From: Minisyncoccota bacterium
Lineage (GTDB): Bacteria > Patescibacteriota > Minisyncoccia > Phycocordibacterales > UBA9973
Reading direction: 5' to 3'
Assembly: GCA_041675085.1 (NCBI GenBank)
Contig: JBAYUN010000001.1
Coordinates: 170,364 to 234,363, forward strand
Length of the DNA: 64,000 nucleotides
The stretch's first letter is position 1. Every line of letters begins with the position of its first letter. The position numbers and the translations under genes were made by a program. Of the stretch, positions 57,564 through 64,000 are shown piece by piece. The notes beneath the pieces are model-generated. The model saw only the letters and a list, made by a program, of their open reading frames with translations. It was not told where the DNA came from and ran no database searches.

Positions 57564-57632
57564 TTGTTAATAAATAGTTTCGACGGAATGATTCTACTCC
57601 TCCCCTATTCTTTCAAAACTATTTATTAACAA
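57564..57632. promoter_or_regulatory. perfect 17-bp inverted repeat (35-nt spacer) ending 16 nt before the ATG of gene 57649
   Basis: ttgttaataaatagttt ... aaactatttattaacaa. Confidence 0.45.
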
Positions 57633-57648
57633 TCAAAATTTTTAAATA

Positions 57649-58575
57649 ATGGAAATATTAATTATTTTAGGATTAATTATTGGAATAGCCTTAGTGCTAT
57701 TTATAAATTTCACTACAGTCGAATCAGGTAACTATAAATTTATAGTTATTGGAGAGACCTACAGTAAAACACTTGATCCTTATACTAGCTTTAGTTTCTT
57801 TGGGTGGTATTGGATTGGTATCAGTTTTTTGTATAAAGTTCATAACTTTCCAATCAACAAATACAAGGTAAATCCAGACCGAAAACCAGATGAGGCGAAA
57901 AGTTGGGTTGTCCATGAAGATGGTGTCATAGTAGACACATTACGCAAAGTGGTAACTCTTCCTATTTTAATGGAAGATGTTGAACTTAAAGACAGAACAA
58001 AGATAAATCTATTACTTAACGTGATACTAGAGTATCGAAATCCTTATATTTTTGTATTTGACCTCAAAGGAAACCCTAGGCCGATTATCAGTATAATTGC
58101 CTCTAAGATAACAAACGAAGTCAACAAGGTAGCAAACTTAACAGCTTTTATTGATTTAGATACAAGCGAGAGCGCAGATTTTTTTAAAGGCTTACTAGAC
58201 GAAAATCCTGCGAACGATGACAATTTGAGCGATTTTAACACATTGCTTTTAAATAAAACTGGCTCAATTGCTAATAGCTTCAATATTAGCGAATTCAATG
58301 CCGACAGAGCTATCTTAGACGCAGCAAACAAAAAAGCGATAGCTGTACTGAATGCTGAAGCTCTAGGTATAGATGCAGAAGCTAATGCCAACTACAAAAG
58401 GCAAGACGCAGTTGCGGAGATTGATTCTTTGATTGAAAGATTAGAGAAAACTGGAGCAAACCCATCAGAAATACTAAAAGCAGTGTCAGATTTAAAACGT
58501 AGCCAAGCCATTGAAAAAACCAAAACTACGACTCTTGTACTAGGTGGAAGTACTGGCACAAATATCAGTACTTAA
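57649..58575 (+). CDS. SPFH/band-7-like membrane protein
   Basis: N-terminal TM, SPFH-like core, C-terminal Ala-rich coiled coil AIAVLNAEALGIDAEANANYKRQDAVAEI. Confidence 0.45.
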   Translation: MEILIILGLIIGIALVLFINFTTVESGNYKFIVIGETYSKTLDPYTSFSFFGWYWIGISFLYKVHNFPINKYKVNPDRKPDEAKSWVVHEDGVIVDTLRKVVTLPILMEDVELKDRTKINLLLNVILEYRNPYIFVFDLKGNPRPIISIIASKITNEVNKVANLTAFIDLDTSESADFFKGLLDENPANDDNLSDFNTLLLNKTGSIANSFNISEFNADRAILDAANKKAIAVLNAEALGIDAEANANYKRQDAVAEIDSLIERLEKTGANPSEILKAVSDLKRSQAIEKTKTTTLVLGGSTGTNIST

Positions 58576-58601
58576 ATTTTTTAATTTTAAAAATTTCAAA
58601 A

Positions 58602-59207
58602 ATGAATGTGTTATATTGGATTATTGGAATTCTAGCTTCTTTTTTTTTGATTTTGATTTATTTCAAATTCATGAAAAATAGAAAAAACCCAAACCTAAAC
58701 ATAAACCTCATCCCAATCCTATACATAGTGGGTTTGGCTGGAGTAGTTTGGTTTATCGCCTCATATTTCTATCCAAATTTTTGGGCCAGATACTATGGAT
58801 CGGATTTATTCTGGCCTAGCATTGTAGCCATGGGAATATGTTTGTTTTTTTCGAGTCACTCATATACAGAAGCAAAAATTGCATTTGTTATAATTATTGG
58901 GTTGATTTTGTATCAATTTGGTGACTACCCTTTTTTAAGAGGAAAACCAAAAAAACCTGAAACTGTCTGGGTTTGGCATGTTAAAATTCCAAAAGTGGAT
59001 AGTGTTCTGATTTACGAAGGTAAACCAACGGGTAGAAAAATTTTTTTACCGAACGATGGTTGGACGCGTATATCTCCAGAATGCGGACTGTCAGTTTCTT
59101 GCAAATCAAAAAACTGGAGCACATCAGAAAATCTGGTTGGTTGCAGCGGAGGAGAGGCAAGTCTGCCTCCTTTTAATGAATGGGTAAAAATATCCATCAT
59201 AGAATAA
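58602..59207 (+). CDS. hypothetical 4-TM membrane protein with Cys-containing C-terminal domain
   Basis: Hydropathy only. Confidence 0.4.
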   Translation: MNVLYWIIGILASFFLILIYFKFMKNRKNPNLNINLIPILYIVGLAGVVWFIASYFYPNFWARYYGSDLFWPSIVAMGICLFFSSHSYTEAKIAFVIIIGLILYQFGDYPFLRGKPKKPETVWVWHVKIPKVDSVLIYEGKPTGRKIFLPNDGWTRISPECGLSVSCKSKNWSTSENLVGCSGGEASLPPFNEWVKISIIE

Positions 59208-59214
59208 AATCAAA

Positions 59215-59250
59215 AAGGCAAAGAATTTTTAATTCTTTGCCTTTTTTTAT
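59215..59250. terminator. bidirectional terminator between convergent gene sets
   Basis: aaaggcaaagaatt-ttta-attctttgccttttttt. Confidence 0.5.
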
Positions 59251-59267
59251 TTTCTTTATTTTAACTT

Positions 59268-59981
59268 TTATATCGAGTTATTTTCTCCTAATACAGATTG
59301 ACTAGAATTTGTATTAGAAGTTGAACCATTATTGGGTGGCAAACTAGGGTCAGTATTTGTACTAGGAGTACTATTTACAGAAGGATTTATTATAGGATCA
59401 AAACCAGAAGTAGTATTGGTATTTGTCGTATTAGGAGGAGGTATAAAAGGATCTGAAGTCTCAATAGGATCTAGATTGTCGTCAATGGGTGTAACTCCTA
59501 TCGGATCAACCTCTACAGGATCAAATTGAGTGCCTGTACCAGTTGTTGTACCTGTAGTAGTTCCAGTACCTGTTCCCGCTCCTGAACCCGTCCCTGTATT
59601 TGTCCCCGTACCAGGAGGATTGAAAGGAATCGTAGGATTGTAATCATTTAGTTGTACAGTCCCCGCTTCTGGATCAATCCCCGTGATATTTAAAGTATTT
59701 AAAACTAAGTTTAGAATACCCCAAACACCCATCATAACAGTCAAACCAATAACTCCATAAAGCATATGATTCTTGCCATTAGTGCGCTCTGTTTCATTAT
59801 CAGCATTTGTTAAGAAAACAAAAACTCCATAAAGAAAATAAGCTATACCAATAGCAAAAAGCAATCGAATCAAAGGATTCACTATCACAGAATTAAAATT
59901 ACCTAAAAAGGAATTAAAATCTGCGTATGCTATATTGGGTAAAAATATTGAAAATAAATCCATAATTTTTATTGTGGACAA
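59268..59981 (-). CDS. TrbC/VirB2-like pilin paralog 6 with Gly/Thr/Pro-rich C-terminal tail
   Basis: Shared two-helix core AYFLYGVFVFL...ERTNGKNHMLYGVIGLTVMMGVWGILN; tail GTGTNTGTGSGAGTGTGTTTG. Confidence 0.45.
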   Translation of the reverse strand: MSTIKIMDLFSIFLPNIAYADFNSFLGNFNSVIVNPLIRLLFAIGIAYFLYGVFVFLTNADNETERTNGKNHMLYGVIGLTVMMGVWGILNLVLNTLNITGIDPEAGTVQLNDYNPTIPFNPPGTGTNTGTGSGAGTGTGTTTGTTTGTGTQFDPVEVDPIGVTPIDDNLDPIETSDPFIPPPNTTNTNTTSGFDPIINPSVNSTPSTNTDPSLPPNNGSTSNTNSSQSVLGENNSI

Positions 59982-60388
59982 TCTACACCAGGAGATTCAA
60001 TACAAGGAATAGAGATTTCAGTATCAGCAACATCTAATCCAACGAAGTTTTTGATGAAGTTAACCAATCCCCAAACAGATACGATAACCATCAACGCAAT
60101 AAGACCGTTGATCATAGCACCCCTTCCTTCAGTCTTTGCATCTTCATCACGAGCAATAGCATAGTGAATAACACCCCAGATAAAGTAGATAACTGCAAGA
60201 GTTATTAATACTGGAATAACATTATTTAAAATTGTAGCAATTCTACAAAGTAGAACGTTGAAAGCGTTCGGGTCTGGAATAGCGAAACAACCAGTTGCTT
60301 GCGCAGAAGCTAGTTGAGGAGCAAGAAAAGTAGCGAACATAAACACAGAACTAACAATCAAACCTAAACTCATTAATTTTTTCTTCAT
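59969..60388 (-). CDS. TrbC/VirB2-like pilin paralog 5
   Basis: Signal peptide ...LASAQA; core AVIYFIWGVIHYAIARDEDAKTEGRGAMINGLIALMVIVSVWGLVNF. Confidence 0.5.
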   Translation of the reverse strand: MKKKLMSLGLIVSSVFMFATFLAPQLASAQATGCFAIPDPNAFNVLLCRIATILNNVIPVLITLAVIYFIWGVIHYAIARDEDAKTEGRGAMINGLIALMVIVSVWGLVNFIKNFVGLDVADTEISIPCIESPGVDCPQ

Positions 60389-60530
60389 ATTTATATTTTT
60401 ATTTATTATTCTGTATTTTGTAATACAGAAAGTTATTTTTAATAATTTATAATTTCTATTTGATTCGACCTTTTTATATTCCTAAAGATTAGGTTAATTA
60501 AATTATATCATACCTATATGTGAAATAAAG

Positions 60531-60920
60531 CTAATTTGTGAATACCTGTGGAATAATACTTATATTTAATCCAAAAGTTCCCCCGAGAATAGCTACCAAC
60601 CCCCAAACAGATACCATCACAGTCAGAGCAATAATCCCCCAAACCATGAATTGCTTGCCCTTTTCACGTTTACCTTCGTCGGCTTCGTTTAGGACGTATT
60701 GCATGACTCCATACAGAAATAGTACGAGAGCTAAAGCAAAAATAAAAGGTACTACAGCCGTATTAATAATACAGATCACATAGTCTACTAGATTATTAAA
60801 TTTAGGGTTTGCAGACAGATTACAACCACCTCCTGTACCTTGCGCATTAGCTAAATAGGGACTGAAAACAATCAGTGTAAAGAAGAGTACAAGGAATAAA
60901 TTTTTAAAAATATTTTTCAT
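60531..60920 (-). CDS. TrbC/VirB2-like pilin paralog 4
   Basis: Signal peptide ...LANAQG; YVICIINTAVVPFIFALALVLFLYGVMQYVLNEADEGKREKGKQFMVWGIIALTVMVSVWGLV (compare VirB2 VNNICTFILGPFGQSLAVLGIVAIGISWMFG). Confidence 0.5.
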   Translation of the reverse strand: MKNIFKNLFLVLFFTLIVFSPYLANAQGTGGGCNLSANPKFNNLVDYVICIINTAVVPFIFALALVLFLYGVMQYVLNEADEGKREKGKQFMVWGIIALTVMVSVWGLVAILGGTFGLNISIIPQVFTN

Positions 60921-60923
60921 AAA

Positions 60924-61454
60924 TTAATTTGGTGTTACTGAGGGTATTATCCTAGTATTGATACCAAAGGTCCCGCCAAGGAGATTTACCAACCCCCAAA
61001 CAGATACCATCACAGTCAGAGCAATAATCCCCCAAACCATGAATTGCTTTCCCTTTTCACGTTTACCTTCGTCGGCTTCGTTTAGGACGTATTGCATGAC
61101 TCCGTACACAAACATGACTAATGCTAGAGAGAATATCAAAGGAACTACTGACAGGTTTAAAATACAACTCGTATAGCTTATAACATCTTGGATTTTAGGA
61201 TTAGTAGCTAAAGAACAACCTACACCACCTCCTCCAGACCCAGACCCACTGCCTCCACCAGCACCTCCTCCTCCATTACCACTCCCGTTATCTCCTCCAT
61301 AATCACAACCTTGTGCTAACCACTGAGCACTACCTACTTCTAAATCAGCACATTGAGCTTGTGCAATATTTGGAGTTGTAGTTAGAAAGACTGAAAAAGA
61401 AAGGACGAACAACATTAACAAAGGTAACAAATTTTTTTTAAATATATTCTTCAT
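60924..61454 (-). CDS. TrbC/VirB2-like pilin paralog 3 with Gly-rich insert
   Basis: Core about 120 nt near-identical to paralog 4; N-domain GGDNGSGNGGGGAGGGSGSGSGGGGVGC with 4 Cys. Confidence 0.5.
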   Translation of the reverse strand: MKNIFKKNLLPLLMLFVLSFSVFLTTTPNIAQAQCADLEVGSAQWLAQGCDYGGDNGSGNGGGGAGGGSGSGSGGGGVGCSLATNPKIQDVISYTSCILNLSVVPLIFSLALVMFVYGVMQYVLNEADEGKREKGKQFMVWGIIALTVMVSVWGLVNLLGGTFGINTRIIPSVTPN

Positions 61455-61466
61455 AAATTTTAATTT

Positions 61467-61868
61467 TTATAATGATAAAACTGTCTCTGATATTAATTGT
61501 GCAATAGCCCAAGAACCCAAGAGTATAGCAGCTCCGATAACGGTATAAAGTAAAGCGTCCTTGGCTTCTTTGATCTTATCAGGCTTGCCTATAGCAGTCA
61601 CAAAAAGGAAACCAGAATATATAATAGCTATAGCTACTAGAGGGATACCTATTTTGATAATACCTTCGAGAATAGTCTTTACAAAATCTTGTACATTATT
61701 TGCCTTAATAGGATTATCAATAGTAACAGCAGCTGTAGGAGTATTAGGTCCAGATCCAGTTGATTGAGCTAAAGAAATAACAGGAGAGAAAACAATCAAA
61801 CCAAAAACCAAAACTAATAATATGCTTGCTAGATAATTCTTTTTAAAATTCATATTAATATTATACAT
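61467..61868 (-). CDS. TrbC/VirB2-like pilin paralog 2
   Basis: Signal peptide ...ISLAQS; IGIPLVAIAIIYSGFLFVTAIGKPDKIKEAKDALLYTVIGAAILLGSWAI. Confidence 0.5.
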   Translation of the reverse strand: MYNINMNFKKNYLASILLVLVFGLIVFSPVISLAQSTGSGPNTPTAAVTIDNPIKANNVQDFVKTILEGIIKIGIPLVAIAIIYSGFLFVTAIGKPDKIKEAKDALLYTVIGAAILLGSWAIAQLISETVLSL

Positions 61869-61871
61869 TAT

Positions 61872-62318
61872 TTAAAATCCAATCCAAGCACCATCATAAC
61901 CCAACACAGATAAAATAGTACTAATTATCAACCAACAAGCGGCTATGATGATAAGCCCCTTGGCTGTATTCCAAAATATACTTTTTGCTTTTTCTCTTTG
62001 GGAAGACTGACCTCCAGAAAAAAGAAGCAAGAATCCCGCATACGCGAAAGCAATAGCTGCCAGGGGTAAAGCAAGCACAGTAAGAATAAAATTGATAATT
62101 TTATTTATCATAAATAAAAAATAATTGAAATCGCAAGGATTAATAATTGCCCCATCTTTATCTTTGTCATTACCACAAGGAACTAACCCACCCAAAGAAC
62201 GACTAGTTGATGAAGTAGATTCGTCTTTTAGAGTACTTTGAGCAAATGCTAAAAATGGATTCATTAATAAAAATCCTACTACATACAAAGACACAAAAGT
62301 TTTTAAAAAAGTTTTCAT
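61872..62318 (-). CDS. TrbC/VirB2-like pilin paralog 1
   Basis: Signal peptide ...LAFAQS; Cys pair PCGNDKDKDGAIINPCDF; core LALPLAAIAFAYAGFLLLFSGGQSSQREKAKSIFWNTAKGLIIIAACWLI. Confidence 0.5.
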   Translation of the reverse strand: MKTFLKTFVSLYVVGFLLMNPFLAFAQSTLKDESTSSTSRSLGGLVPCGNDKDKDGAIINPCDFNYFLFMINKIINFILTVLALPLAAIAFAYAGFLLLFSGGQSSQREKAKSIFWNTAKGLIIIAACWLIISTILSVLGYDGAWIGF

Positions 62319-62325
62319 ATTTCTA

Positions 62326-63624
62326 TTATCTTGTATTAAATATTAAAGTATTAAGGCGATTATTGGCTGAAAATATAGCGTCTTGAGGCTTCTTTGCATT
62401 AGACAAGACTTCTTCTACCATAGCTCTAAAGACATTAGACGAATCAGAAGGTGAAGGATCTAACCAACTACGAGCAAACAAACTTGAAGAATAAAATACT
62501 GGGAAATAAGAATCTTTTCGAGCTTCTGCTAATAGATCACGACGTGCTGGAGGTACAAATTGAGAATTACTATACTCTTTTGCAAAATCACCAGAAGATA
62601 ATGCAGTCACAGCTGCTAGAGAGGCCGATAAATTTTTAGTAAATGATGATACTGCTATACCTGTCACTCTCGCAGAAGTGACTTTGTTATTAGTATTTCT
62701 TATTTGAGGTATGGTCGTTACTTGAAAATCTTGATTTGGATTTTTGTCTAACAAAGTTTTAAGGTCACTAGCAAAACCAAAATAGAAAACTAAATCTTCT
62801 TTGCTAAAAGCATCAATAGACATAGGCAAAGAACGGTTCCAAGAATAATTTGGTTTTAACGGGTTAGAGAAACTAGTATAAAAATCCAAGGACGAAGCTG
62901 TATTAGTATTGCTCTCGAGAGAGTTATCTAAACTTGACCTCAGTAATCCATTCTGCTCCCCTGTTATGGTACTTCCTGTTTGCATAAATAATGTAGCTAA
63001 AATATCTTTGGCATACGAAACATTGGCATATTGACCTAAAGCAAAAGCACTTTGAGTTATTTGTTGTGAGTCATCTTTCTTGGTGAAAGTATTTGAAAAA
63101 TCGTAAAATTCATCCCAATAAACAGGAGGATAGACTACATTATTTGAATCCAGCATAGACCTATTGTAATACATAACCATTGGATCGATAGAAATAGGAA
63201 AAGCTAATACACCCTTAACATTTAAGAAAACTTCACCAGCACCAACAAAAGTATTTTTGAAATTTATCAAAGGATAACTAGTATAGGGTATTGGATAAAT
63301 TTTATTCTGATATTTAAAAGCAAGATTATCAGGCAAAAAGAATAAATCTGGACCCTTACCTACAGCCATAGCTTCTAGTAATTCTTGATCAAAATTTTGA
63401 GGAATGATACTAACGTATTTTACATTGTAACTCTTGCCTTGATTAAATTTAATTAGTAAAGGATTTACAACGCTCGATGGCGCTGTACCCCACATAGTCA
63501 CAGTCCCAGTAGGACCGGTATTAACAGCTTTATTTTCAAGGTCGATAAATCCAGCAAAAACGAAAACACCCAAGACCCCTCCGAAACCCAACAAAGCTAT
63601 AATCACAAGTTTAAAATTATTCAT
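62326..63624 (-). CDS. extracellular solute-binding-protein-like (SBP_bac_1 fold) membrane-anchored protein
   Basis: Signal anchor; GTVTMWGTAPSS...NVKYVSIIPQNF..GKGPDLFFLPDN...LAFPISIDPMVMYYNRSML..PPVYWDEF parallels the MBP-type SBP N-lobe. Confidence 0.5.
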   Translation of the reverse strand: MNNFKLVIIALLGFGGVLGVFVFAGFIDLENKAVNTGPTGTVTMWGTAPSSVVNPLLIKFNQGKSYNVKYVSIIPQNFDQELLEAMAVGKGPDLFFLPDNLAFKYQNKIYPIPYTSYPLINFKNTFVGAGEVFLNVKGVLAFPISIDPMVMYYNRSMLDSNNVVYPPVYWDEFYDFSNTFTKKDDSQQITQSAFALGQYANVSYAKDILATLFMQTGSTITGEQNGLLRSSLDNSLESNTNTASSLDFYTSFSNPLKPNYSWNRSLPMSIDAFSKEDLVFYFGFASDLKTLLDKNPNQDFQVTTIPQIRNTNNKVTSARVTGIAVSSFTKNLSASLAAVTALSSGDFAKEYSNSQFVPPARRDLLAEARKDSYFPVFYSSSLFARSWLDPSPSDSSNVFRAMVEEVLSNAKKPQDAIFSANNRLNTLIFNTR

Positions 63625-63625
63625 A

Positions 63626-64000
63626 TTATTTATTTTCTTTTATATCTTTAATAAAAATCATACCATAGTGATGATTTCCTGCTAAAATATCTCGCTCCCA
63701 CACAAGTCCTTTTTGCTCAAGCATTTTATGAGCATCATCTCTTTTGATAACTCTATGTTTATGCTTACCAAGTACAAGCGAGTCCATTTGTGGATCTATC
63801 AATAATAATTTTCCTCCAGGTTTTAAAATACGATAAGCCTCTTCTAAAAAATTATGCTTGTCTTCAATTTGAAAAAGTATATTAGAAGCTATAACCCTAT
63901 CGGCAATATTAGCACCCAGCTTGGTGCCATGTTTCTTTTCTATATCTCCATGAAAGCATTCTAGATTTGATAGATACGCGTCTTTAGCTTTATGACGAAT
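63626..64000 (-). CDS. class I SAM-dependent methyltransferase (N-terminus beyond window end)
   Basis: rc translation ...ILKPGGKLLLIDPQMDSLVLGKHKHRVIKRDDAHKMLEQKGLVWERDILAGNHHYGMIFIKDIKENK*. Confidence 0.55.
   Translation of the reverse strand: MRHKAKDAYLSNLECFHGDIEKKHGTKLGANIADRVIASNILFQIEDKHNFLEEAYRILKPGGKLLLIDPQMDSLVLGKHKHRVIKRDDAHKMLEQKGLVWERDILAGNHHYGMIFIKDIKENK

Noticed and set aside
1-64000. Alternative genetic code (UGA recoding, as in some candidate phyla)
   Set aside because: DnaK, ClpB, RpoA, BipA and the r-proteins are full-length under the standard table with no in-frame UGA truncation. The standard code is assumed.

Overview
This is a low-GC (about 30%), gene-dense bacterial chromosomal window. 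It reads as full-length proteins under the standard code. Gene content and architecture fit a reduced-genome Patescibacteria/CPR-type organism: AlaRS is about 585 aa, IF-2 about 504 aa, proteins are short, and many genes encode small secreted or membrane proteins. Most of the window is housekeeping. It includes parB, murA, miaA, engB, mscL, dinB, alr-ddl, a dnaK/grpE/dnaJ region, the infA-rpmJ-rpsM-rpsK-rpsD-rpoA-rplQ block followed by rplM-rpsI, alaS, mnmA, mltG, typA, clpB, iscS-like, infB-rbfA, and eight tRNAs. Two ribosomal protein genes fall below the ORF-track size cut-off (rpmG/L33 and rpmJ/L36). I flag seven non-housekeeping items. (1) The dnaK..dnaJ interval is interrupted by two divergent TrwB/VirD4-like coupling-protein-type P-loop ATPases that bracket a 568-aa cysteine-rich zinc-ribbon protein. 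(2) Six tandem paralogous small signal-peptide, two-helix proteins resemble TrbC/VirB2 pilins. They sit next to an IPT/TIG surface protein, an SPFH protein and a solute-binding-like protein. (3) A 2.7-kb segment flanks tRNA-Trp and is bounded by 85-150 bp direct repeats that carry consensus promoters. Each of its five small same-strand genes is preceded by a repeated upstream module. (4) A GC-rich palindrome family with a GTCGCGAC core is scattered at four sites. One copy sits inside a duplicated 5' half of tRNA-Tyr. A related palindrome overlaps the promoter of a PaaX-like regulator divergent from dnaK. (5) A higher-GC single-gene cassette is flanked by 52-bp direct repeats. (6) A tRNA-Leu-derived structured element and interleaved inverted repeats lie within the tRNA cluster. 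(7) A sigma-70 region 4 / HARE-HTH fusion protein. No CRISPR array, rRNA, integrase or transposase was found. All functional calls rest on motif-level recognition by eye and need homology searches.
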